Source: Azolla caroliniana (lineage: Eukaryota; Plantae; Polypodiophyta). Taken from it: 64,000 nt of DNA. The position numbers and the translations under genes are program-made. Of the stretch, positions 1 through 12,780 are shown piece after piece. The notes under the pieces were generated by a model. The model was not told where the DNA came from. It made no database searches and saw nothing but the letters and a program-made list of their open reading frames with translations. The stretch is taken from positions 2,294,001 through 2,358,000 of the forward strand of contig JBHGNT010000021.1 of NCBI GenBank assembly GCA_043228905.1. Reading direction: 5' to 3'. How positions within the stretch are numbered: the stretch's first letter is position 1; every line of letters starts with the position of its first letter.

Positions 1-2414
1 CATGAAACTATATCTCTATTTGAGAGTCCGTCAAATACATGTGCTGATGATATCAAGAATCCACATTTACCATACATGTCAACCAAGGAGCTACCAACCA
101 AATTATCTCTTTCCATAGAATCCTCTCTTTCAACACATTGTGCATGTATTTCTCGCCCTTTTTCTACATCCCGTGTGATACTGCAAAGTTTTAAGGCATA
201 GACTAAGGTGATCTCATCAACGACGATTCTCTCAAGTTCCATACATCTAAAGCACCTCATTGCTTCTTCAATATTTCCTTGTTCAGTATACCCTGCAAGT
301 AATGCATTCCATGATGCTGTATTCTTATGTTGAAGCCTTTCAAATACTTCATATGCTTTTCCAAGCATCCCAAATTTGGCATAGGTATCAACCACAGTAT
401 TGCCAATCTCAAGATCTCTTTCCAATAAGCCTTGCCTTTCAATCTCAGCATGTATTTCTTGGCCCTTTCCTATTGCACCTATGCCACTACAAATTTTCAA
501 GACACAATCAAAAGTGGCATTGTTTGGTCGGAAACCCTCAAATTGCATCTTATCAAAACATTCAATTGCCTCATCAAAGTAATCATGCTCAACATATGCA
601 GCAATGAGTGTAGTCCATGAGACAACATTTCTGATCGGAAGCTTATCAATTAACTTTTGTGCTATATTAATGAAACCACATTTTGCATACATATCAATCA
701 AGGCATTACCAACTGTAAGGTCTCTTTGGATCAAACCTTGTCTTTCAATCTCAGCATGAATTTCATATCCTTTATCTAGAGCTCGAATTTTCCCACAAGC
801 TTTTAAACCACAAATAAATGTTGCAGCATTCGGGTGAACATTCTCAAGTTCCATTTGTTCCAAACACATGAGTGCTTCATCTCCATAACCATGTTCACCA
901 TAACCTACAATTAATGAAGTCCATGCAACCACATCTTGATATTGAATCCTTTCAAATACTTGCTGAGCTAAAGTAAACAATCTGCATTTAGCAAGCATGT
1001 CAACCATAGCACTGCCTACAAATCTTTGTTGTTGGAGCCCTTGTATCTCGATCTCTGCACATATTTGTTGACCCCTCATTGCATTTCCAATGCTTCCACA
1101 AGCTTTCAATATGCAGACAAATGTAGTAGAATTTGGAATGACACCTTTGAGTGTCATTTCATCGAAACACCTTAATGCATCCTCGACATGCCCATGTTGA
1201 ACATACCCTCCAATCAACACTGTCCAGGAAATAACGTCTTGATTTGGAAGCTTATCAAATACCTCTTCTGCACAACTCAGAAGACCACATTTCACATATG
1301 CATCGATCAATGTGCTGCCAATGATAGGATTCTCTTCTAGCAAGCTTTTTCTTTCAACTTCGACATGTATACCTTGAAGTTTATTTGTGGCTCCTATGTT
1401 AGAACACGCTTTCAAAACACAAACAAATGCTGTGGCATTAGGTGGTATACCCTCCCTTTGCATTCTTTCGAAACACTCTAATGCTTCGTTGCCATGCCCA
1501 TGTTCGGCATATCCAGAAATTAGTGAAGTCCAAGAGACAATATCCTGGACCTGAAGCTCATCAAACACTTTCTTAGCATAATCAAGAGAACCAAATTTTG
1601 CATACATATCAACTAAAGTACTTCCAAGGCGAGGTTCTGTGTCGAAAAATCCTAATTCCTTGATTTGGGTATGTAAATCTACACCTTTCCTTAGATTTCC
1701 CGATGTAATGCAGGCTTTTAATATGCATATCAATGTGGGAGCATTAGGAGCAATACCTTCAATGCACATTTGATGATAAGAACTCAAAGCTTCATCTCCA
1801 TATCCATTCTCAACATAAACATCAATAAGAGTGGTCCAAATTACAACATCTCGAACATTAACTACATCAAATACGTGTATTGCTTTGCATAGAAGACCAC
1901 ATTTAGCATACATATGAATCAAAGCACTTCCAACAAATGGGTTGTTTTGAAACAGCACAATACTATCAATTTTAGCATGTATATCACCACAAATTTTCGC
2001 ATCCTTGAGATCAGAGCAAGCTTTAAGCAAAGAGACAAATAGATATGAAGTGAAATGCTGATGATGAATATTGCTGCCTTCTCCTTCTCTTTGTTCTTGT
2101 TGTTGTTCAAGTTTCTGATAAAAAAGCTTGATAGCATCTAAAGGTTTCTTGCATTTCACATAACCAGATATAAGAGCATTCCATGAGAGATGATTACCAT
2201 GAAACAATGTATCATAGATTTTCCGAGCAACAAGGATATTTCCCATAGCCACCAAAACGATGACAAGATTGTTCCCCACTGATGGGTGGCTTGAAAGACC
2301 AAGCCTACTAGCAACTCCATGGAATTGCAGAGCATATCCATGGTTGTAGCAGAACTGGTTTCTGATGTCTTGGAGAAGGTGAGAAAAACATTGAACGGAG
2401 GGTTGTGCAGGCAT
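1..2414 (-). CDS. PLS-class pentatricopeptide repeat protein (probable organellar RNA-editing factor), 3'-truncated by window edge
   Basis: Hand translation from ATG 2414 (MPAQPSVQCFSHLLQ...) stays open for 804 codons to base 1, so it is absent from the ORF track (no stop in window). At least 7 P-L-S triplets, e.g. VSWTSLISGYAEHGHGNEALECFERMQREGIPPN / ATAFVCVLKACSNIG / GSTLIDAYVKCGLLSCAEEVFDKL. Any E/DYW domain would lie outside the window. Confidence 0.95.
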   Translation of the reverse strand, partial: MPAQPSVQCFSHLLQDIRNQFCYNHGYALQFHGVASRLGLSSHPSVGNNLVIVLVAMGNILVARKIYDTLFHGNHLSWNALISGYVKCKKPLDAIKLFYQKLEQQQEQREGEGSNIHHQHFTSYLFVSLLKACSDLKDAKICGDIHAKIDSIVLFQNNPFVGSALIHMYAKCGLLCKAIHVFDVVNVRDVVIWTTLIDVYVENGYGDEALSSYHQMCIEGIAPNAPTLICILKACITSGNLRKGVDLHTQIKELGFFDTEPRLGSTLVDMYAKFGSLDYAKKVFDELQVQDIVSWTSLISGYAEHGHGNEALECFERMQREGIPPNATAFVCVLKACSNIGATNKLQGIHVEVERKSLLEENPIIGSTLIDAYVKCGLLSCAEEVFDKLPNQDVISWTVLIGGYVQHGHVEDALRCFDEMTLKGVIPNSTTFVCILKACGSIGNAMRGQQICAEIEIQGLQQQRFVGSAMVDMLAKCRLFTLAQQVFERIQYQDVVAWTSLIVGYGEHGYGDEALMCLEQMELENVHPNAATFICGLKACGKIRALDKGYEIHAEIERQGLIQRDLTVGNALIDMYAKCGFINIAQKLIDKLPIRNVVSWTTLIAAYVEHDYFDEAIECFDKMQFEGFRPNNATFDCVLKICSGIGAIGKGQEIHAEIERQGLLERDLEIGNTVVDTYAKFGMLGKAYEVFERLQHKNTASWNALLAGYTEQGNIEEAMRCFRCMELERIVVDEITLVYALKLCSITRDVEKGREIHAQCVEREDSMERDNLVGSSLVDMYGKCGFLISSAHVFDGLSNRDIVS

Positions 2415-3299
2415 CTCGAAGGTAAACCCTGTTCAGCTTCCATGTCTGCAAAGAAAGAAGAAAGAAAGGAAGAACTGAAAAAAAGGATTGATTATTTCCT
2501 CTGTTTCTACAATTTACAAATTTCACATATTATGTTAAAATAGGCCACATTTGGTCCCTAAAGAGTGCCTCTAGATTTAGATTTAGATTTAGAGACCCCC
2601 ACCAAATACAATAGAAATTAGAGGGCATAATAATAATTGGTTCAAGAACTTTAATGACATGTTAATGATGGGCCGCTCTTCACGTTGGCCTTTCTCCTGC
2701 ATTGCGGGGCTCCCTCTACTTCTCATCAATTACCCCAAATCAAGTTTTGAGCTCCTAGGATGAGCAATTTTATGCTCTCTTTCCTCTCCGACCGCGTATA
2801 GATAGTTCCAACTTGTGTGCATGTTATCTTTGCATGTAAGTAATTGTCATAAGGCCAAACAAGCCCAAGTGTGGATGTCTATAGGTCAAGGATTTCACCC
2901 CACCCCAAGCACAATAAGTTTATGCATCGATTCCATTATGTTCAAATATGAATGCATACATACATGGAAGAGAACAATATTTGTGCTTTAAAGAGATGTT
3001 TGTAGAACAAGCCCAAGCATGGATGTCTGTAGATCAAGGACTTGCTTTCACCACCCCACACCCCAAGCACTTTAAGTTTATGCATCAACTCAGTACTTGG
3101 ATATTTGATGTTATGGTCGAATGCTTCACTTGCAACTGAGCACATTGCCACTAGCACATTGCCTTCAACAGCTCCAAGTGCCTTGATTTCAAAGATTACG
3201 TTCAAATATGAATGTATACATATGTATATGGAAGAGCGCATGAGTTGTGCTTTCCCTATTTTTATTCTTGTAGGAAGTTTTCAAATGTCCCTTGGTTCC

Positions 3300-6200
3300 T
3301 AAGCTCACGTGCACATCAAAAATGAGTTTCAAAGGTTTGGGCAAATAATGAAATTAGGTTAGGGACATTTGAGGGTGTTTGAGAAAATTTCTCAAATATC
3401 AACAAACACCAAAGATATATTAATAATTTTGAAACTCCTCACATAAAATCATTCAATCATTGGAGAGGAAATGATTGAAGTCACATGTGTGCTCATGGAT
3501 TATTTGATCGCCCTAACATGTCTCGACAAGCCATTTACCATGCCATTTGGCCATTTGCATCACAATTATGCATTTTGATACGGATGTTGTAATAGTCTAC
3601 AAATAATATGGTCAGCTCAAATTAATTGGATCTTCGCTTTGTGGCACACAACCACCTATCAATGTTGTTATGGATTTCTACACCTAATATGTAGAAGATC
3701 AACTCCAATCAACATTTGCTAGCATGGACTTGAGTCAAGGAACGTAAAGTATATCTTCTAAGCACTTTTCTTCTTACTTGAGTCTTTACATAAAACAAAT
3801 TTAATTCCTTTTGTTGGATACTAGAGATGATTGCAAATCATGCCAAATACACCTTCAATGTCCCTTAAGTTCCACCTAAACACAATCAAAACAATTTGGC
3901 CCAATAAAGATTCAATCTCACATGGTCCTAAGAAAAAAGCAATGCAATTACAACTTGGTGGCTTGAAGTGAGGATTACTCTGGTTTACTTCAATAACTGA
4001 ACCATGGCCAAAATAAGTTACTCTTGTGTATACCAACAAAATTGGCCATATATGTAGTTCCTCACATGTTTGGATTTGCAAGGTGCGCCTATCATCACGA
4101 TAGGTATATGTGAAAGTTGTCCCGTGCTTGCATGGTCACACTATAATTCTTGTGTCCATTCAATATGATTTGATGAATAACATTTCTATATCCCTCTCTC
4201 CCAATTCATGACTTACACTAAATTTAAAAAATGGATAATGTGTTGTTATTTTGCCTTGAATATCTTACAAATGATACAAGTGCATTTCTCCAACAGTTCA
4301 CATACATATTAGGTACCTCATTTAAATTGAATGGATAAGAGGCTATCATTAGTTTTTTTATGCAGTACAATTTAATATTGCTTTAAACTCCTCAATGAGC
4401 CCACTCTAATGCGTGTTCATACTTGCCACGAAGTGTGGATGATTCTTTCTGTTTGTGTAAATACCAAGTTTGCCTAGATCCATTGCAAACCTAGCAAGAA
4501 GCTTGTTATATTTCATATCCACATCTTAAAATTTTGATTACCTCAATCAAGCCTTACCTTTATGTTTAGTTAGCTAGATACTGACCTTGTTCCTTTCTAC
4601 CACTCTTTTTGTAGAATGATATACCGGATGTGATTGAAACTCACAATGTGCCCTACTATCACACTCTCATAGTGTATGTAAGTCATCCAAAAATGTTGAT
4701 GCTTTCCAAAGACTAATATATGTAGACATTACAAATGTAAACCACTTCAGTTTCTTCATCTTCACTTTATTGCCCCCTAGTTCACAATCTTCATGTAAAG
4801 GGGGCTACATATAGGTTTACACATGTCATGGCCACCACATGTCAACCACTTTAGCATCACCTACATTATCTTTTGATGCCTCTACTCCATGTGAAGAATC
4901 CTACTTTTAAGCAAGACAATATGAAATTATCTTCGTTCTAACTCATCTATTATATTCACCGAGTTATTCTATCATAGCTCATTCCCCATGCCAACATACG
5001 TGCAATCCCGTAAAAAGATAGATGTGCACATCATAAACATATATGAAATACTAGCATGGCATATGGCAACTCACCAACCAACCATCAAACTTACACTGCT
5101 AGCATTTTACAATGACCATGATAGGATAAGAATTCTGCCAATTGTCGCACCAATACGTTTCATGCTCAAGAGGAAAGGTTAAGGGAGCCATGAGCCATTA
5201 ATGGAAGATAAGGGTTTGTGCACATGAGGTTTGAAATAATAAAAATGTGTTAATATGTATAGCATTGAGTTCCAATGAAATAAATATATTTCATATTAAT
5301 GATTTAGGGGGTGATTTTGTACAAGTTAAAAGTGGAGGCTAATTGAATCACATTTGGGTTTCCACACTAAGTGTTACGATCCAGGGGATGTTTGCATGTG
5401 AAGGCTAAATCCCACCACTACATCAAAGTGTATCCTTGGGATACAACAATTTGGTGTCACATAATCAACTGGAATGAGAACCACAGAGATAAATAAAAGC
5501 ACTTAGATAAGAGATATCATGTCGTTCCTCATTTTGATCTGCTCCAAAGAAAACACCTTTTGAATGTAAATCATACACTAATGGGAAAAAGTTCCTACAA
5601 AACTATTGTATATTTTCCAGCAATAGAATGTGTTTTTAGAAAATTTCAATCTCTTATCATCTACACCTAGGATCCAAACATATTCATGTAAATCCACTCA
5701 TTCATTAACCCAACTTAAAAAATCGTTTTTCAAAACTAAATTGAGAGATTGTATTTACATTTTCCTCCAAGTCATCACTCAATAGGTTCAAGGACAAGTT
5801 CTTCTATAGAAGTAACACCTAGAAAACACAATGGAACTACTTTAATTGGAATTTCATTCTATGGTGTGCTTATTGTTGGGAGGTTAATGGATGCCATAAC
5901 TTGCATCCATTCCACATGCCGATTTTCCATGGGATCAAAAAGACCACCCAAAAAACTGTTAACTTTTGAAAGATTTGGCAACAACTAGATATAAATGCCT
6001 TGATACACTATGATACACAAAGTTATAGGAATTACTTTAACAAATAAAGGTTTTGAAATTCAGTTTTGGATACACAACAACTAGATATAAATGCATGGAT
6101 ACATTATGAAACACACAAATTGTGGGAACTACTTTAACAAATAGAGGTTGTCGAAATTCTGTTTTGGATGATATGATTCATATCAAACAACTATTTGATG

Positions 6201-7400
6201 GCAATGGCTTTAGAATGAAGACATATTTTGGATCGTACATGTTTTTGCTATACAATGATTTAAGAAGAGACCATATATTGGTTGGTTCATTACATTGTTT
6301 GTTGCTAAAGCAATTTGGGTTGTTATATCTCAACTTTGGGCCTCATTAATTGACTAGCAATATTTTGTCACCATTTAAATGGGTTATCAAGTAGAGTGTT
6401 ACAACTCTACCCACCCCATCATATTAGCTTGTGTTTGTCTATCTTAGGCATTGGGAGATGTGGTATACTTGGAGCCTGAGAAATGGGTTCACGTTTGATG
6501 GATTTTAAGGGGAATACTTAGGTTGAAAGAAAATTAAGTTTGTGGTTTCTGCAACTATGGTGTATGGGCACCTTGTCCCTAGAGGAGTTAGATTTATGCC
6601 ATTTAGTATTACAACACCTTAGAGGATTTACCTTGCAAAGCTAGATATGAAATAGAAGTGGATGACTTTATTTTGTAGTTTCTTTTTATATTCATCAGTT
6701 ATGGCTTTTTTGTGTTGAATTATTAAAAGTTGAAGGGGACAGAAAGAGCAACCATTATACCTTATATCGCATCAATAGGAGAGCTAAAAAAAGTATGATG
6801 AGAGATGTTATAAAATCAAATGGTTTGAGGTCAAAGTAGAGCGAAGGTTATTCTCAACCATTGAATCTAGTCATAATGTTTTGAGGAATAAGACCATAAA
6901 CAAACAAGATAATGACCTATCAATCAAAATTTTAAATATGTGTGTGCGACATCTCTAATTTGAACCATCAAACTTTTAATCATAAAACTTGTAGTGATTT
7001 TATCGGTACAATATCACATCTTAGAGACCCACAAGCCTACATATTGACACCTAGAGTTTCTACTTTACTCAATCAACTTTATCCATAAGGCAACACATTA
7101 CGTGGTCAATATGATGATATGCAAGGTTCGGGTGATGTTCGATGGCAAAGGCAAGTGGCCTTTAAGAACCAATGACAAGACTTCACTTATTTTTTGATAT
7201 AATTTTTGGTATGAAGTGGAATTATGCCATACCTTCTTTTATGTTGTATAACTGATATTTATTGTTCTACTTGTTTCATATATGACAACATCTACTTGAT
7301 CAGATGCTTATACTAGCCTTTGTATCACGATAGAAGTGAGATGAAATGTCTTATGTTTGCTCCATGTACAGTTTTGAAGTAATATACTGAGGTGAATCTT
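3300..7400. mobile_element. Highly degenerate LTR-retrotransposon relics, including a possible minus-strand PPT/3'-LTR junction at about 6403
   Basis: Minus strand reads GATGGGGTGGGTAGAGT|TGTAACAC (PPT-like run then TGTAACA). A protease-like LLLGLQW trace lies near 4480. There is a ~100-bp tandem duplication at 5978-6168. No intact ORFs, and the boundaries are approximate. Confidence 0.35.
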
Positions 7401-8062
7401 TCTCTTAAAAAAACATCCATATGTTCATCTTGTAAGTAAATAACAATGGGCATGAGTTGATGCACCAAGACAAAGCACATGATAGAGAAAGGATGTGAAA
7501 AAATTAAAATGAAATTTATGCCTAAATTATAAATATGAACATCACATCTCATTCTTGATTGCGATTATGTCCCATCTAGCTCTCATATTACTCAAGTATT
7601 TATCGCATCTATAAAATGATGATGACAATATCATATCTATAAGACTTTATAAATAAACAATGTAAAGATGGGTGTGTCAATCACCCTAGATGCCTTTGAA
7701 GAACCATTAAAGAGGGTGTTCAATAAGAATGCACAACAGTGCCAAGATAGAGCACATCATAGGATGTAGAGTTATCACAAGCAAATATCTTGGAAACTAT
7801 GTCAGATAAAGCGTGATTATCCATTATAAAGCAAAAGGGCCTAGGTTCTCACCCTCTAGATAGGCAATATGTATCGCACACTATTCCTAGGAATGGAGAA
7901 TTGACGTATTCACTAAGGGACCCATGTAGTTGGTCACCATAATAAAAATGAGGGATGAGGAAGGTAAGTGATGCCAAAAGCATATGCCAAGTGATTGGAA
8001 TTAAATGTCTATATATTTGGGAAGTGGGCATATATATAATGAAAAAGGTGATGATGGCAAGA

Positions 8063-8134
8063 ACGTGGCTTTCATCAAAACATAAAGAAAGGGTGACTTT
8101 CATCAATATATAGAGAAAGAGTGACTTTCATTAA
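8063..8134 (+). promoter_or_regulatory. ABRE (ACGTGGC) overlapping the first of three GTG(G/A)CTTTCAT(C/T)AA repeats upstream of ASR gene 1
   Basis: ACGTGGC at 8063-8069; repeats start at about 8065, 8093 and 8121; TA-rich TATA-like runs at about 8031 and 8107. Confidence 0.5.
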
Positions 8135-8158
8135 GACACACACACACACAAAGCAAGT

Positions 8159-9238
8159 ATGTCTGAGGAAAATCATCATCAACATCATCATTTCTTTGGC
8201 CATCACAAGAAAGATGAAGAAGGAGAAGTGGAAGAAATCAATAAGCCAGTGTCACACATAAATGAGTACCAAGAGGCACAAGAGGATGCAATTCCTATAG
8301 AGAAAACAGAGTATTATGAAGGTCCTACTCATGGTACTCATGATAATGATAAAGGGAATGTTAATGTTAATGATCATGCTAATGATAATAATGCTCATGA
8401 TGACGCCAAGAAACACGAGAAATCGGCAACGCATAAAGAGCACTTTGGTGAAGCTATTGGTGCAGCCGCAGTGGCTTTTGCTCTTGTAAGTACTTATACT
8501 AATGGATATAAAAACTTAAGTGTATTGTAAGTACATATCTATGTATAATGGGGTGAGTTTATTGCTACTAAGTAGAAATGTGTGTGTGGATGGATAATGT
8601 CAACAATGAAATGTTACATGAATATCATTTTTGTGTGTGTAATAATGAGGTGTTACCGTACGAGATGTACGGGTGATTGACAAGTGTGATAAGTGAGGGT
8701 CGGAGAAATATGTTCCTTCTATGTTCATTCATTCCCCATAAGGGGTTAAATAGTTACAAATTTACTTCTTCTATGATTTGTTTGTCACTTCCAAACATAC
8801 AATCAAATTGATTCTAAAAAATACGTAGATAGGAAACATTATAAGGTTGAGTAATTAAGGTTCCATCTTATTTGAATACATGAAATAAAATGCAATATAT
8901 TATTGCGATGTTGATTCACACAATCCAAGGTTCCAATGCACTGTAGACCAAGAACAATGTCCTAACTATCTAACGTTGTAATAGTAAATGTGATGCTTTC
9001 TCATTTATATCGCGCCTTGTGGTTGATCTTTGTATATGTATTGTAGCACGAGAAGCATGAAGAAAAGAAAGACCAAGAGCATGTGGGGCGACACAAATTA
9101 GAGGAGAAGTTTGCAGAGGCCGTGGCGATTAGTGCTGGAGGGTATGCTCTTCATGAGCACCATGAGAAGAAAGAGGCTAAGGAGGAAGCAGAAGAGGTCG
9201 AAGGGGAAGAGCATAAAAAGAAGCATCACTTTTTCTAG
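8159..9238 (+). CDS. ASR: ASR (ABA/stress/ripening, ABA/WDS domain) protein 1, 172 aa
   Basis: Exons 8159-8485 and 9047-9238, phase-0 GT-AG intron. N-terminus [18 protein letters not shown]; ABA/WDS core [18 protein letters not shown]|[45 protein letters not shown]; C-terminus KKKHHFF*. Confidence 0.95.
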
Positions 9239-10744
9239 GTTGAACGATAATATGATGGGTTATAACTTTTATCCATATGACATTCCACTCCACCTTTTCG
9301 TTTTGAGCCACGAATGTAAATAAGGTTGTGTCTTTTTTATTTTACCAATGCCATTTCATCTTTTTGAGCATCTGTGTTGCTAAACATAAAGCTTTCTTAT
9401 AATGGTGCAAGATCTCATTGTTTCTTCATTTTCATAGCGTCTTTCCTAAGTTACTATGAATTGCCATCGATGGCATTCTATAACAAATAATAAAATAGGA
9501 AAGGTCAAAAAAGTGAGAAAGAAAGATATATTATTAATAAACGTCATCTAATACCAAATTTGGACCATGAGCCAATTAGTTACAAGAAAATCGGATGTGT
9601 ACCCCATCATCGAAAAAAAAAAAAAAAAAACATAGATAACAGAGTTCTAGTATTGTCCAAAAGGTGTTATGGTATAACATATTCTATAAAGGAAATGACG
9701 ATGTCCTAGGTCTAGTTTCATTTTCATTGAAGTCTCTCAAACAAGAGGGGGAGGTCAAAGGGTATTGATGTTGTTACATCCCTTGGTCTCGATGTAAAAG
9801 GCTCATAGGTGGTGTAACTCATGTTCCCTTATGTTCTTAATTGCTTCTACACAACTAGTGACTTTGAGGCTTGGCATCCATAGGCATTTTGTTGTTATTT
9901 GGTTCAGCAAGGGAGAGGTTGACTGGTGCAGTTGTGTCCACGCTCATCGTCCCCTCCTATCCTTAAAAAAAATCATTAGTTACATGTTGGTGAATCTTAG
10001 AAAGGTTATTATAGCGTATTCTCTCTATATTGTTTTAGCTCTAATATATATCTACCTAATGTCTTTATATCTGGGATATCTAATAGTTTGGAAAGGATGG
10101 GAGAGGATCCTAGTATGTCTTGGTATTTTGCCATTATCTCGACGTAAGCTGGACACTTGCATGTAAAGTGATATCGTTCGTCCTCTACCGCTATGTGACA
10201 TAAGCTACATATTCTTCCCTCTCTAGGGACTCAATTACCATGACCATTCTTAACCTCAAGTTGGTGAGATAATACTCTAAGTTGTCCAATGGAAACCGTG
10301 AGAAAAGTTCATGAAGTGTCCTTATAGTACAACATTTAAGATGGGAGTGGCTCTATTGGGTTGATACATTTATGTTGAGTGTAAATTTGCCATATTTCTT
10401 GGCGTATTACTTGATTACGGTCCTTGTTGTTGTACCTAAGATGAGGTAGTTCTTAATGTCTAGACCATTTGCAAAAGGCCAGCTTACCACAATGTTATAC
10501 CAAGAGCTAGTATTACCAGACTCATAGAATGCTTGAGATGCTTCAAAAGCTTGATGACATATCCTATATTGTGATTGGCTACATGTATTCTATTAATAAA
10601 AACTACAAGTTGAAAAATGTTTTTACCAACATTGGGATTTTAAAAGTGAAATCTACTCTAATGATGTCATGTGGCACTATTGATTTGCTTCAAAGTTGAC
10701 GTGATAACATCATCACCAATGGTCTCTCTAATTGTGCCCACATG

Positions 10745-11158
10745 TAACAATAGGTAATGGTTCCAAACCGAACCGTTTAAAATTTCTGAAACCTGAACCA
10801 AACCGAACTGAACCACGAAACCATTAAACATTTTTCAAACAGTTAAACCATTAAATCGTAAAAACCGTGGTTTTGTGGTTCGGTTTCGGTTTTCAACATA
10901 GGTCAAATTTTAAAATTTATAATATTTTATTTTTTTAGATTTTTAAGATGTTCCTAAAATGTGAGAATAAGGTCTGAAAGTGAAAAGATTGTTTAAAAAC
11001 AATTTTTAAAAATAAAAATAAAAAACCGTTAAACCGTTTAAACCATGGTTTCTTACTAATGAAACCGAACCGAACCATTTTTAAAAACCTAAACCTGAAC
11101 TGTTACGCCATAGTTTCGTTGTTTAGTTCAGTTCAAACCAAACCGTTGTTGATTGTTA
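10745..11158. mobile_element. hAT-type MITE, copy 1 (414 bp)
   Basis: Perfect 8-bp TSD CCCACATG (10737-10744 / 11159-11166). Imperfect TIRs TAACAATAGGTAATGGTT / AACCGTTGTTGATTGTTA. Many subterminal AAACCG/AACCGAA motifs and an AT-rich core. Confidence 0.9.
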
Positions 11159-11309
11159 CCCACATGAAAGGTGGTAGCCCTGGAGCCCAAACCACTAATG
11201 CATACATGAGGTATGGGGTCACTAATGAGTTGAAGAGCCACCCCTTAGTTTGTGGATCCTGAAAGTATGCCTGGTGGCATTATCTCTCTAAGAGTGAGAG
11301 GGATGCATA

Positions 11310-12780
11310 TCCTCTTGTTACTCTATCTTTGTCTACCTATGTCATTGAAAAATTTACCTGAGTGAGCATTGAAAGTGACTCCAAGATATACATATGATCC
11401 AAGTACCTCAACTAGTGTATGAGAGAGTGTTAGGTGACATTTAATCCTAACACAAGCTGATGTATGGAAAATAAGGACATTAGTTTTCCCCAATTTTACC
11501 ACCAATCCTCTTTCAATGCAGAAGTCATGTAAGGGATTAAGGTGCCATTGTAGATCGTATTCAGACTCAAACACTAAAACTATGTCATCTGAATAGAGCA
11601 AGGGATTGACTTACGTGCCCCTTAGAACTACTTTGTTGCTTCCCTTACGAGCAATAAAATCAGTGATCTTATCAATGTATATACCAAAAAGAGTCAGTGA
11701 TAGGGGATAACCTTGTTTTACACCAATGGTGCTAGTGACGCAATTGGATAGACCGTCTGAACATCATACACACCCAGAGACTTGCTCATATAAAGTGTAG
11801 AAGGTCGAAATCATGTCCTCTGGTATCTCCCAAAAACAGCTCTCTAGGGACATTGTCAAAAGCTTTGCGAAAGTTCGCAAAACAATAGTATAATTTCTTT
11901 TTCCGAGCCTTGGTCTGGTCAATTAAGCATCTAAGTGTGAAGATATGGTCAATGGTAGAGAAAGTTTGTCTAAAGTCGGCCTGTTTGGGTTCTTGATGTC
12001 TTAATGTCTCCATATAACCGTTAAGCTTTGCTTCCATTATTGCACCATTTAATTTGGCAAGTTTCTGACCATTCATTATGGTCCTAAATGTATTTGGGTC
12101 CATGGGATCCCCTCCTTTATGTATAGGGGCCACCATGTTCATCAAACAACCGCTCTCTACGGGCATTGTCAAAGGCTTTGCAGAAGTTCACAAAACAACA
12201 ATAAATTTCTTTTTGCGAGCCTTGGTCTGGTCAATTAAGCATCTAAGTGTGAAGATATGGTCAATAGTAGAGGAGTCTTGTCTAAAGCCAGCCTCTTCGG
12301 GTGCTTGAAGACTTATTGTCTCCATATAATCATTGAGCTCTGCTTCCATTATTGCACCATATAATTTGGCAAGCATATGACTATCCATTATGGTCCTAAA
12401 TGTATTTGGGTCCATTGGATCCCCTCCTTTATGTATAGGGGCCACCATGTTCATGGTCCACTGTGGTGGAAAACCCTCCACGAGGGCACAGTTGAAGAGT
12501 AGAGTGAGAAAATGAGCTAGGCACTCTCGAGCATATATGATGTTTTCAACCCGCAATCTTGTGTGATGTATGGGTTGTCTATGTTGTAATTTCTTGATGA
12601 CCTTAGTGACCATAGAGGTCGTGAAAAATGTCCCCTTGGTAGGTCGAGGTGTAGAAGGCATAGGAATGTGTGGCCTGTTCTGGACTTGGTAAAGTCCCTC
12701 TGTGTATGTATGCCAAGTGTTAGGATCCTCGATGGGTGTTTGTGAATGTGTGTAGGCCTTGTATTCATATGCACATGTAA
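11310..12780 (-). mobile_element. RTE-like LINE reverse-transcriptase fragment, frameshifted, with internal ~311-bp tandem duplication
   Basis: ORF pieces carry VAPIHKGGDPMDPNTFRTIM, AGFRQDSSTIDHIFTLRCLIDQ, FANFRKAFDNV, GVKQGYPLS, LYSDDIVL and YVYLGVTF, which are non-LTR RT motifs. Confidence 0.9.

Noticed and set aside
257-620. Short ORFs in the track at the left edge
   Set aside because: They are alternative-frame or antisense shadows of the long PPR frame.
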